NCBI GenBank assembly: GCA_001938485.1
Contig: MQRK01205638.1
Location: 23,028-87,027 of the forward strand
Reading direction: 5' to 3'
Source of the DNA: Girardia tigrina
Lineage: Eukaryota
Length of the DNA: 64,000 bases
Both the position numbers and the translations under genes were made by a program. Every line of letters starts with the position of its first letter. The stretch's first letter is position 1. The notes beneath the pieces were generated by a model. The model saw only the letters and a program-made list of their open reading frames with translations. It had not been told where the DNA came from and ran no database searches. Shown piece after piece: positions 28,141 through 40,863 of the stretch.

Positions 28141-29459
28141 AAATATTTTTTAATGTATGTCCAATAATTATATAAAAAAACTTTTCATTATGCTCTTAAC
28201 TGGGAGGTTGTGATTGCAGAAATAGATGGAAGAAATATAATTGTTCTATTTTTTGTTTATTTCACATTTCACCGGAAAAAAGTGTCGCATTTAAACTCAA
28301 AAATCCTGCAAGGTAAAATAAATTTGGTTAATCAAAGTAAGCATCAAATTAGTGAATTTTGTTATACCAAAAGACACTAAACGACAAAAAACCAAATATA
28401 TCTTATTTTTTGGGTAATTCTTTTAATTTTAAATATTTAAATATAGGTTCTCTTATTAAATAAGTTATTTTTAATTTTCATTAACACGAAATCGAAATAT
28501 TTTTTGTGTCGAATGACATTTTGTTTGATTTTTTTTGATTCAGGAAACTTTTCCGTTTCAAAAAGTTCTTGAGATAACTTTTTGAGAATAAAATGAAAAG
28601 GGAAATTCGGATTTTTGGATTAAAAGCTTAAAAGAAAACTACAAATATATGATTTTATATGTTGGGTTCTTGATCAAAATTATAATTCATTAACATCAAA
28701 TTTTATTTCTATAACAATAACAATAATTTAAACAATTTTTCTTGAGGAACTTTTCTTTTGGTTTCTTTTTTTTGACCAGATTAATTATACATAAAAATAC
28801 TGGATTATAATACTGACAACTTATTAAAACGTTAATTAAAATTGAATTTATTTTTTGATTACGTTAATTTATACATTAAGATTTTATTATTTTGTAAAAA
28901 TCTTCAAAATACATTATAAAAATCTAAATATTAACTGTTCTATTTTAAATCATTTTTAAACGTATTTTGCAACAATTTCTAGTAATCTAAAATTATTTAA
29001 ATGTTGTTATTTCAATATTATTTATCTAAAACCAGTTAACATAAATACAATTTTAGATCTTTTATAATATTTGAATGGTGCATCTACTGTTAAAATTAAA
29101 TTTCTTAATATTTTATTCTTCGTTAATTGGTTAAACATTCAATTATAATTATTCTTTTAATACAAATTGACACTATTTCAATTTTAAATAAACGTTATGA
29201 TTTTTTTATTTTACCACATAATTAAAAAAAAAACATTTAATTATAATTATATTTTTTATACAAATTTGATACCATTTTAATTGTAACTAAAACATTATGA
29301 TTCTTATTTTAAAACTCAATTTTTTAAAAAAAAACATTTGATTATTATTTTTTTTATTACAAATTTTGAGTTACAATTACTTGTTATAAATATTGAAATT
29401 TTTATTTACAATGTTTGTTACTCCGAATTATTTATTTCCCAAAATGTCAAATTCTAATA

Positions 29460-29826
29460 ACGGATAACATGAAATAGTAGGACACCTACTATTTTAATAG
29501 CAGGTGGAAAAAAAATTGAAAAGGCGCCCAATATTGGTTTACACCTACTATTTGGTGCTTTTGTTTTGAACTTGTCNNNNNNNNNNNNNNNNNNNNNNNN
29601 NNNNNNNNNNNNNNNNNNNNNNNNNNNNNNNNNNNNNNNNNNNNNNNNNNNNNNNNNNNNNNNNNNNNNNNNNNNNNNNNNNNNNNNNNNNNNNNNNNNN
29701 NNNNNNNNNNNNNNNNNNNNACCTACTATTTGATTCCACCTACTATTTTAATAGTAGGTGGAAAATTTTTTGAAAACTTCATTACACCTACTATTTCATG
29801 TCCACCTACTATTTGATGTTATCCGT
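29460..29826. mobile_element. TA-flanked MITE (ACGGATAAC... TIR; pogo/Fot1-like), copy 1
   Basis: TIR ACGGATAACAT(G/C)AAATAGTAGG and subterminal CACCTACTATT repeats. Near-identical to 49747-50150. Confidence 0.88.
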
Positions 29827-29999
29827 TAAATTAAATTTTAATTACAATTTTTATTATTAATCCAAAATATTTGTTTTTTTACAATTTATATAAATAAATC
29901 ATTTGACATTATTTAATTATAAATATTATATTACAAATTTTTATTCAAAAATTTAAGTCACAAAAACCCCTTACATTATAAATTTAAATTTTATTGATA

Positions 30000-30330
30000 G
30001 TTGAGAAGACGTGAATGACCATAAACTGGTAAACCTTAAGACTAAACCATTTTTTGAACAAAAATGTGTAAACTATTTAATATTAGTATCCGTCGTTACG
30101 ATAAAACTTTTACAAATGAAACTGACACCTAAATTGATATTCGAAAATAGAGTTAGCATAACAGAGTTTGGTAGACTTATAATAAAAAAATTAATAAAAA
30201 TTTTGCGCGGCAAATATTATGTGACACGTTGCAGAGGAAAGAAATTGACCCTTGCGACTAATTGCCAAAGGATTATGGGGAGACAAACAATTTACTGACG
30301 TATAATCGCGTATGACAGTTCGCATTTATA
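30000..30330 (+). mobile_element. possible piggyBac C-terminal relic
   Basis: ILVSVVTIKLL...RVSITEFGRLIIKKL resembles the piggyBac C-terminal region. Confidence 0.3.
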
Positions 30331-31029
30331 AGAAATCAGGTTGTCATTCTTCGCTTGGGAGGAAGATTAGAAATTCTAATTATCTTACGCATAATCTAAA
30401 TTGAATACATTTATCCTCGAATATGTGATTATTTCTGATAAACTGTCATAATCCTTTTTGGGAAGGTTGATGTTACTGGACCCGATTCTAAACATGAATC
30501 ATTCATGAGAAGAAAACGATTTATTGAAAATGATATTTCTAATTTTTTTTATAACTTAAATAATATTGTTAATAATTAATTGACAAAGATTCAATTCCCC
30601 AAATGACCCATTTGGAAATAATCGAGACTTTTTTGAAGTGCAAGAAAGGTTTTTGAAGAGTTTTCGTGAAATACAATAATTTCTGAAACAAGTGGGATGA
30701 ATGATTGAACGATTTTGCTTCAAATGGTGAAAAATGCTGATATTGTTATTTATTAGTTTTTAATAATAATAATAATTCTTTAATTTATAAGCTTCAAGTC
30801 GTATGAATTTTTTTTATTAAAAAAGAAAACTCATCCATTTTCAGATATGTATATAAAGACAATTTATTTGGACAGATCAAACGTAATCTTCAGGTAACTG
30901 ATTAATATGTTTCCCAGAGTATAAATGCGGATTGTTAGAGTGGAAATTGTCTGTAAAGATCAATTCTAAGACGATGAGCTCCTTATGAAGTCTTCGAAAG
31001 GTCCACATGTTGACTATCTTTTTATATTA

Positions 31030-31723
31030 CAGTATGATTCATAAGTCTGTTCACGCCCTCATATTTTGATTACTTATTTTCTAACTAAAAATTTGACGTC
31101 TTATTATTTTTGAATATTTGTTTATATATAGTTTTTTATGCTACACATTTGAATTTATATGTTAAATATTTAAATTTTCATTAATTACTTATTTTCTTAA
31201 ATTTTAGATAAATTAAATGTCAAGAGTATTTAGTGAATTTGAGCATGGAATGATTGTTGCGCTTAAAAATGCAGGAAGTACATGGAATCAAATGAAGGTC
31301 GAACTATTTACAAGATATAATATAAATATTTCAAAACGTGGGATGCAAAAAATATGGGCGAAGTATTTAAAAACAGTAGAAGTGAAAGATCAGCCACGTG
31401 GAGGCAAAAGAAGTAAGTCGACCTTTTACCATGGCCCAGGCAATTCACCAGTCGCAAATCCTATCGAAAATGTATGGGGACTTTTGAAAAGGAAATTACA
31501 GACGATAAGATGCACATCGTCAGAACAGCTGTGGGTGGCTGTTCAAAAATATGGTACGAACTATCAAAAGACTATTGTAAAAGTCTTAAGGAGATTAAAA
31601 ATGATAAAGGACATGAAACGACATTCAACTAAATATTGAAAGTTCCACGTAATAAATATTTTGTTAAAAATTTGATCTTTTTCTCAAAAAATAAGGGGTT
31701 GAACAATATTATGAATCATACTG
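31030..31723 (+). mobile_element. Tc1 element with in-frame internal deletion
   Basis: TIR CAGTATGATTCATAA with TA TSD. The 140-aa ORF 31217-31639 joins the paired-like HTH (QPRGGKR) directly to PGNSPVANPIENVW; the first two catalytic D are absent. Confidence 0.9.
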
Positions 31724-32239
31724 TATAATAGCTGTAGTGTCTAGTCACTAATATATTTGTACACACACACACATATATATATATATAAATATGTGTGTGT
31801 ATTAAAATTATATTTATAAATGTAAATAATAAAATAGATTTAAAAAAAATCAATAAATAAATTATTACTATTCAGTAATTTCTCTTTACGCTGATAGTTT
31901 TGATTTAACTTATAAAAATAATAAAACCACTTTCGTCTGGAATTTATTAACCTCCGACTCACGAAAACTGGTTCCAGAAAACCACCCGAAAAAATTCAAT
32001 CAACCAACAAAACAATCTCTACAATTACGTCGTTGTTATCGATCCTCGTCTTCCTTCATCAACAATCAGAATCTCAACATATCATTTGTTATATTCAAGT
32101 TAACTTTATTCGTTTTGTGATGACGTTTATCATTTTCCAGTTAGTTTTTAGATTTTAACTTTTAAATATAGTTAAATTAAATTAAAATTTCTTTTTCTAT
32201 ATTTATTTATATTTCGTTAAAAGAGCTAATCGAAATAGA

Positions 32240-32733
32240 CGTTTCAGTTAGCTCTTGTACAATAGCCTTATCCTTTCTGATTTGGCTGAAATGGTGTTGG
32301 AATAAGTAACTTTTCAACTTCTATCTCGGACAAAAAACGAGAAAGCTGAGTAAAAAAGTACAGTATGTAAACTTTTTTATTTACACGAAAACGCCCATAT
32401 TCACACAAGTGGAATTTCATTGAGCCTCAAATGTGGATTAAAACTACTTCCAAATTCTGTACACAGTCCGGATATAGCCCTTTCAAAATGTGGCTTGTTT
32501 AATAATCTTAAAAGAACCCTTCAAGGTTAGAAAGTTTTCAAAGAAAGATTTGAAAGATACAATAACGCCAATTTTCACCGAAAATTCTCAAAACTTCTTC
32601 AAATTAATTTTCAAAAACACGCTGCAAAAAGTATGTTTATAAAATGGAAATTATTTTGAGAAATAAATCCTTCCTGACGTCCTTGTTGGGAACAAAAAAT
32701 ACATTTGACTTTACTTATTTCGGTACACTACGT
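32240..32733 (+). mobile_element. decayed mariner 3' fragment
   Basis: LHENAHIH and VHSPDIALS remnants, ending in a ...TACACTACG+TA terminus. Confidence 0.6.
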
Positions 32734-33886
32734 AAATCTTCTATTGATTACTCTAATAAAATCTAAATAAAACGTGAAAAAGTGGTAACTTGAATTTTAT
32801 ATTAAAGTCAAAGTAAATATTTACGCTAAATAATTTATATTAATTGTAAAGTGAATTATAAGTTATTTTAGTGAGTACCCAAAAAAAAGAAAAAGATATC
32901 AATTTTTTATGGAAATAATATCTGTCATTCTAAAATTATTAAATTTCGTTTATTTTAATTAAACTTGACTTTGAAACGAGTGAAACTGAAATTTTTATTC
33001 TTTATTATTCAATATATAATTATATAAAAAAAGTAATAATTTGAAATTAAATATAAATGTGTTTAATTTTTCATAATCAGTTTATTACATCCCTTAAAAG
33101 TTATTTATTTAAAAGTAGTTATTTATTTTTTATAATTTTATTTATTTATATTTTATCATTTTGAAATCCATTTCCGGTACGTATGTTTTATAATCCTCTA
33201 TGAAAATATTTCAAAGCAAGTCTAAGAATATTTATTATTATTTTCAATTTAATAAATAAATTTTTTAAAGCAAAAAATTATTTATTACACCAGCTGAGAT
33301 TGCCAAAAACATAACATGAAAGAAAGTAGGAATGCTTTTTTATTATAAAATTATCTTAGATTATGTTAATTTTGATTCTATTTTTTTGCTTTTATTCAAG
33401 TTGAGTTTTTTAGAGACTCAAATTCGAAAAATTATTTAAATTTCTATATATATTTAAGAAATTTGAATTTGACAATTAAGTGACTATCTTGAATCTGTAA
33501 TAATTAATGTAAGTAATAATACTATAGAGTTCTTAAGAAGGTTTAAAAAATACGGAGACAATTTATCGATAAAAATAAGAATAAAGCTGTACATACATAA
33601 ATCTTTTTATACTAAAAAAATATTTTTATTGAAGAAACTCTTTTAAATTATTCTGATCAGTACTGATTTTCAAGTGTACGGTTTTGGTGTGAGAGGTGAT
33701 AACATTCGGACTCAAAGGAATGCAGCCCCCAGTTTATCGACAACCGACAGACAACAGATCCCGATTAGCCTCTGCGTTTGCATCAATTGGATCCCAATCA
33801 TTAATTGCTGCCTTATGCTTTCTGTAATGACTGCAACCCGCAAAAGTTTCACCTGGCACAAAAGAAATCAATAGAAAATTATATAT

Positions 33887-33919
<33 letters not shown>

Positions 33920-34058
33920 ATATCAAAACGGTGGTCTGAAAGCTCCGATTTTTGCAAAGTAACTTGTTCAATAAGCCTTGACTGCCAGTCGTCACTCAGC
34001 CTTTATATCTCTGCAACTTGATCATCTACTGTTTTATAGGATAATATCACAAAATCTA

Positions 34059-35850
34059 CAGGGTGATCATAAATCAACTACCGGGTTTTAAACTGCAATA
34101 ACGTTTTTTGCCAAAACATTATGAAAAAATGGTTTTAAATAACAAAAAAGCATTTATTAAAATTTAATAATATTCAAGAGAATAACCATCGACTTCAATA
34201 CAATGTTTAAGGCGTCCATGAAAAGACTTTGTGAGGAATATTTTAAATTGTTTGAATGTGTTAATGTAGTGATGCTGTATGTTGATTTAAGTATGTGGAA
34301 TTTAGAATGGTGATTCTCCCACCCAGATGGAAATCGGTATTTTTTTATTAAATATAAAGGATTGACTATTCGAACATAATTAAAATAATCATTTTATAAG
34401 TTCATATCTTTAATTTTAGAATTAAAATTAAGTTTAATAATTTTTAGTAAAATTTAAATTAAATGCATTTTTAATAATTTGATGTCATTTTTATTATTTT
34501 GGGATTTATTGAAAAGTGGTAAAAATTAATATTTTTAATTAATATTTTTTAGAGGTTAAAAATTTTTAAAAATAATTTGGAAAAATTGTTCAAATAATCA
34601 TGATTAAAAACAAAAATAAGAAAACCAATTAGAACGATGGCAAATGATGAAAGACCTTCTGAGAGTCTTAATGACTCTAAGTGTAATTGCAATAAAGATT
34701 TAAACGAGACTTGTTTAAATGTTCTTAATAGACTTCATTGCTTTTAGGCACATTTCACCATCTATTTTCGCCGCTTCTTGACAAATAAAGTCTTTAAGTT
34801 GCTGAATTGTTTCTGGTTTTCTCTAATACACTTCATTCTTCAAATGCCTCCACACAAAAAATCGAGTATTATCAAATCAGGTGACCTGGCCAGCCATACA
34901 TATGGACCACATCGTCTCAGCTAAAGTTGTGGAAATGTTTCATCCAGAAATTGTCGCACAATCAGTGAATAATGGGCAGGTGCTCCATCTTGCTGGAGCA
35001 CAACTTTCCTTTTGCATGTTCTTGATAACGATGGCATAAAGCAACGTTTTAACGTATCCAGGTAATGTTATGTTTCCTTCAATAAAAAAGGGCCCATAAA
35101 CACGAAATAAAGACAACCCCATCCAAACAATAACTTTTTCACTAGCCTGTAACCTCTGATATGTTTCGGTTGGTGTTTCAGTGCCCCAAATGCGACAATT
35201 ATGTATGTTTACAATTCCGTTAAGATGGAAAGTTGAGTCATCAGAGAATATCAGGTTACTAAGAAAATTTTCATCTAAATCTATCGATTGAATTAACGTT
35301 TCACATATAACACGTCTAAGAGCACAATCTTCTTCATACAATATTTGCCTGGATTGAATTCTGTAGGGGAACATTTTTAAGTCGTTTCGTATTACTTTTT
35401 GAACAGTTCCTTAAGAGTAATTCAGAGTTGACAACGATTTCCTGATAGAAGACTGGGGTTCTTGCTTAAAATGTTCTGCTATCTCATTTTTATTTTCATC
35501 ATCAATTGGTGGTCTTCCAGAATTTGGGGCATTTAGAACGCTTCCTGTTTCTTCAAACCTTTTGAAGATGCTTCTAATACTTTTTCGGTTGTAATACTTT
35601 TCCATTTAAGTCGTTGAAGTTCTCTTCTTACTAAAGTCACTGACCCATGCTTCTCAAATAAAATAACAAATTTTACACACTGATTTACATCCATTTTGAA
35701 TCTTATGCTTAAAACAATAACAAAATTAATATGTTTAAACAAAATGTACTTTTAATGAAATTCTAAAAAATAAGCTTCAAGATGCCTTTATAATTAAAAA
35801 GAAATACAATATAATTCAAAAGTTATTGCAGTTACTTTATGATCACCCTG
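34059..35850 (-). mobile_element. DD41D (rosa/Visitor-type) Tc1/mariner element, defective
   Basis: TIR CAGGGTGATCATAAA with TA TSD. FSDDSTFHL, QQDGAPAHY and SPDLIILD motifs, with 41 residues between the 2nd and 3rd D (counted). C-terminus interrupted by the LTR-like insertion. Confidence 0.92.
34230..34730 (+). mobile_element. solo-LTR-like element, TG...TA family, copy 3
   Basis: Perfect GACTT TSD (34225-29 / 34731-35). Removing the insert restores the transposase frame CLKAMKS|FHGRLKHC. Ends TGTGAGGAATAT...ATGTTCTTAATA. Confidence 0.88.
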
Positions 35851-35852
35851 TA

Positions 35853-36160
35853 CATCTTACTGATGAACACCTGAAATGAGAACTGCGCGATGAGTTAACT
35901 GTAGAATCATTACATTGACGTCATCAAGTAAATCTTGAAAGATTTCAGTTGAATTTGAGTTGCAGGTTGTTTTTTTTGAAACCACAAGCGATAAAACATT
36001 TTAGAACAGTCAAAGTTTTAACATCTTTGATTGAAGCTGCTATCCTATAAATTGCATCCAACAGACTCATTGATTTACGTGTAACTTGCTGTCCGCTGAT
36101 GGAGGTCAATGTGTCTGTAGAGTAATAAACTTTGAAAACTTTTTTGTCTGTTGTCCGGAG
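35853..36160 (-). mobile_element. Tigger/pogo DDE C-terminal relic (target of the DD41D insertion)
   Basis: KVFKVYY...MSLLDAIYRIAASIKDVKTLTVLKCFIACGF matches the Tigger DDE_1 tail LLDAIxxIxxAWxxVxxxTIxNCFxKAGF. Confidence 0.65.
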
Positions 36161-36231
36161 TGAAGAGTGTCCGTATCAAAGAGCTGATTCAATACTCATT
36201 AAATCAGAGACATAAATGAAACCTGTAACTT

Positions 36232-36272
<41 letters not shown>

Positions 36273-36322
36273 NNNNNNNNNNNNNNNNNNNNNNNNNNNN
36301 NNNNNNNNNNNNNNNNNNNNNN

Positions 36323-36374
<52 letters not shown>

Positions 36375-38459
36375 TATTATGGAGATAAGGTTTTTATTTT
36401 TTTCTAAAAAATTATTTTGTATAGCATGAATGTATGATTCTTTGTTTAAACCTTTGACTCTACTGACATTTAACATAATAAGTCTTTGAAAATGTCTCAC
36501 ACAAATCACTTCCAAATGTTTTTTATAATTTATTTTTTTATGATGATGTTATAGTAAATTAATTGATAAATAAATAATATTTTGTTATTTTTGAGTTATA
36601 TTAATACTATGAAAACAAATTTTAAAACGTTTACTAATGCCACAACTTTGAATAGTATATTTTCACAGTTATTTATATTATCCGTTAAAAATATATAATT
36701 TTTATTTTTATATATGAGTTTATTAAAAGCGGCAGTTGTAAATTATAATTACTAAAAAATATTTTCTACTACTAAAAAAGAAACAAAATTAAAAAAAATC
36801 AAAAATTAAAAGAGGTTTAAAAAATAATTTAAAATAAAATAAAATCTTTAAACATTTTCAATTTAATAATCTTTATTGAATTATTTACTTAAAATTTTAT
36901 TTATATTTTTCTGAATGTGTTAATTTATTAAAATGATAATGATTTAATGAGTATTTACACATAAATGATAATCTGACAAACATTTCAGTTGAAAGAAACA
37001 AATATTAAAAAAAATAGATAAAGGAAAAAAGTAAACGCAAAGCGATGTTGATTAAAAAATATCGGCTGTGATTTAATCTCTGAGTTGAGAATCGATGCTC
37101 TTTAAGATTAATATTCCATTATTCCATCAAAGGGAAATAATATAAATCAAAGGCTCATTAAAAAAATATATTTAAACCAGTGCTGCTTAATATCTTTTAT
37201 ATATTTTGTAAGACAAATAAATCCAGCAATTTATTTCAAAAGGTTCTTTTCAATAAATCATTTAATTTTGAAATATTTTTTCTTTTACATTATGAAAATA
37301 TATATTTTTCATTAAATATAATTTATATTTTCTATTAAATTCTTCAATTCAAATTTTTAAATTTTATTTATTTATTTTTTATTAAGATAAATATTTGAAT
37401 TATTTTATTTTATTATTTTAAATTAATTTAATTATTTTTTTGATATTATAATAAGGATTAAATAAAAATTCAGTGAAAAACATTTTTTATTACAGTATTT
37501 TTAAAATTAGTTATATTATTTATATTAAAAAGTTTTATAAAAATAGACAATTTCAATAAAAAATATATAATTTGAAAAAATTTAATTTTACAGAAACCAG
37601 ATATTTCTTACTAATAATCAAAAAAATCTAAAGAATTGATTGTGAGATACATAAATTTATTAATTGTAAATCAAAGAAATTTTTTTAAAAAACCATTTAA
37701 TTTTTCATTTGATACTATTTTATTCGAAAATATGGATAAATTACAAAACATATTATTCAAAGATAGTATTATTGAATTATAATTATCAAATAAATTAAAA
37801 ATATATTCTTAATTATGATTTTTTATAAATAATAACTTAAAAATTGTAAGAAATTAGATTATTTAATTTGAGTATAATTTCAAAAGTTTTTGTAACGTTT
37901 TTTTAGTCTATTTATTTCATTCACAAATGGTTCGGACTACTAATGATAGAAAAATAGCAAAGTAATTAAAGTAAGTGCATTTAAAAATCAATAAATAGTA
38001 GCTAAAAACATGTTCAACAGTTTTGCATGTATCCACCCGTCACCGCTATTAAATGTTACTATATGAGTACTTTTTCGTTAAATGCTTTCATAAAAATGTG
38101 ATCATACTTTTGCAAACTAGTCACCAAAAAACTTTTAAACGTCAATAATATCTGGTAGTGATATTTAATTGATCAAATCTTGTCATACTGGGTTAATAAA
38201 TTAATAAAACACTTTAGTTTAGTAAAATATTATTTTACCTTTAAGTTATTTAAAATCTAAATTTAAAGGGTTGAAAACGTATTTTTAGTTCTGAAAGGGG
38301 CATTCTGAAAAGTTCATTGCTGTTGTTTCAGAATGAGTTAAAATGTTTTATTAAAATTGTAAAATAAACAAAAAATTTTATATAAGTAAAAAAAATGTTT
38401 AATAAAAAATTATATATAGATATGTATATATGTGTTACATGTAGAATTAGAATTATATA

Positions 38460-38512
<53 letters not shown>

Positions 38513-38782
38513 NNNNNNNNNNNNNNNNNNNNNNNNNNNNNNNNNNNNNNNNNNNNNNNNNNATATATATATATATATATATATGGAAGTTAAATTCGTT
38601 GTTTAAACGAATCAATTTTTTGTATTTTGTGAGAACGAATAAAGATATATATATATAGCAATATCGATTTTTCTTTATTTTGGAGATTGAATGTGTAATT
38701 TAAACGGACAGATAATTTTGCCTTTTGGCTATGTTTTTAACGTAAAATATTTTATCAAGACATGTGTAGCCATTTATGAACC

Positions 38783-39225
38783 ATGGAAAGAATTGATGAG
38801 AATATTTCAAAGTTGTGGAAACAATATTGGAACGATGTTTTGGAAAATAATCACTAATGAACACGGAATCAAACCGACCACTGGTGTTTACGAAGGCGAC
38901 ATTGATTTGCAATTACCGAGAATTTATGTTTACTTTAATTCTGGAATTCATGGAAAATGTGTCCCAATCAGCGTCATGGTTGAATTGAATAGTACCACTC
39001 TCGATTATGTACTGAATTCGAACCTTGGGAAATTCTTTCAACCCGATAATTTTATCGGACGTTCCTCAAGTGCTTCTAAGAATTGCGACGGATTGGACAA
39101 AGCAGTTGTTATTAGGAAAAGATTAATTGTTCCTTCATTTTCAATTTGTAATTGTGTTTTAGTGTCACGGAAACTTCGTACGCTGAATTGAAGAATTGAC
39201 GTCTAAAATGTTGGTTGTAAAAATG
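38783..39225 (+). pseudogene. TUBB: beta-tubulin pseudogene, divergent and internally deleted
   Basis: CGNNIGTMFWKIITNEHGIKPTTGVYEGDIDLQLPRIYVYFN...FFQPDNF aligns with beta-tubulin aa ~1-100. SRKLRTL/IEELTSKM (frameshifted, ~39165-39225) resembles QQYRALTVPELTQQM at aa ~280. Confidence 0.88.
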
Positions 39226-39529
39226 AAAGGAACAAAAAATAAAGAAAATATCGAATCATTTTTTGTTATCATATATGTAGAGTGAAAATGGAGATCGAAT
39301 TTAATTCTAACCGTAGAAAAAGAATAGAACTGATTCCAAAATAATTATTGGAAAACGGTCACTGGTTCTCATTTCCGTTCACCGAGTTTCAACGACGAAC
39401 AGATTTAGAATCCGGATCAGCCAACAGAAAATCAGTTCTCTTAAAGGCCAGAATCAGTGATTGTAATAAAGGAATGGTAAAATGGGTTGATCAGGAACTT
39501 TCACAATAATATCCTTTAAATACGTCTCA

Positions 39530-40230
39530 CACATGTCATTTTGTAGCTTGTTAAAAATATAACTAAAAGTCAAAAAGCACAAAATCAGGGTTATTATGTG
39601 GGCTATCAAGAGTTGTAAAATCAGAATCTATAATTGTAGAAAATGTCAAAGTTAAGCTAAATTAGGGAGTTTTTTTATAATTTGTTTTGTCTAAACATTA
39701 ATGCATAAATGAATCGGTAATTTAAGTTCTTTGAGGCGTGTAATCAATACGAATAATGTATCTTCCATTCCAAAACATAGACAACATTAAACAATTGAAT
39801 TGGGAAACAATTTGAACTGCATAGGAAATTTTTACTTAAGCTTTCACCATTCACTTGAATTACGTTTGCTCTTTAGTAAATAAAGGACTAGAGAAGACTT
39901 ATTTTGAGAATTAATGTTCCAAATGAACTAATCACTATTAAAGACTCATTTGAAGTGATTCCGAACATTCTGAAACTTTAATATGCAATATAATCGAAAC
40001 AAGGATTTAAGTTAATTTAAATGTTGTATTAACTATCATTTTAAAAGTCCTAATATAAAGATTATCTCCCCTTCTTAAATTCTGATATCCATTCGTATGT
40101 TGTTGATCTCAAAGGACAGTTACCTTTATCAGAGTATCTCATATCACGAAATATCTCTTTATTTTTTTTATTCAACAACAAAAGAAATTTCATTACACTT
40201 CAATATTTTAAAGATTAATCTTCCTGAAAT
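39530..40230 (-). mobile_element. highly decayed mariner
   Basis: EIFRDM...RSTTYEWISEFKKG (N-terminal HTH) and SPHNNPDFVLFD (YSPDLAPSD-like). Confidence 0.55.
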
Positions 40231-40409
40231 TCATGTATAAAATAAAAAAATAATACTTATTATGTAGTAATAAATAAAAATAATCCTACTTAGTAAATTT
40301 TTATATTTTTTTAGTTTTAATAATGATCAAATGGAAAAAAGAAGTCTTACAGTGATATGAATTGAAATTTTTAATTGTAGGAAGCTTCTGTAATTTATTT
40401 GATAATGAC

Positions 40410-40863
40410 TGTGAGGGATAATTTGGAATGTTGTAAGTTTGTTGTTTGTATGCTGTTTAGATTTGTGACTCTCCTACCCAGATGGGATTGGATATGTTTA
40501 TTGATTGAATATTTGAATCCAATGAAATTAATTTAATGATATTAATTTTAAGTACTAAATAATTAAAGTTTGATAATTATGAATTTTAATAATATTTTCA
40601 GTAAATGATTTTAACTTATTAAATGTAATATATTTTAAAAATTAATGTTTATTTAAAACAATTATGTAATGACTTTTATCCAATAAAAATTATGAGAAAT
40701 TAAAATTTATTATTAATCTTTCCCATTCGTTGTTTTTTTAGATTTGAATATATTAAGAAAAAAACTGTATCAATCAAAGGAAAGATGCTCTCTGAAAATT
40801 GTTGTGAAGAATCTGTTTGTGTTGTCAATAAATGTTTGCATTCAAATTGTGATGTTGTTAATA
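40410..40863 (+). mobile_element. solo-LTR-like element, TG...TA family, copy 4
   Basis: Perfect ATGAC TSD. TGTGAGGG start, CTCTCCTACCCAGATGGGATTGG box, AATAAA, GTTAATA end. Confidence 0.85.

Noticed and set aside
30965-31005. ACGATGAGCTCC...CGAAAG as a hammerhead (also a similar motif at 26101-26130)
   Set aside because: Core CUGA is missing and stem pairing is poor. At most a very old pLTR remnant.
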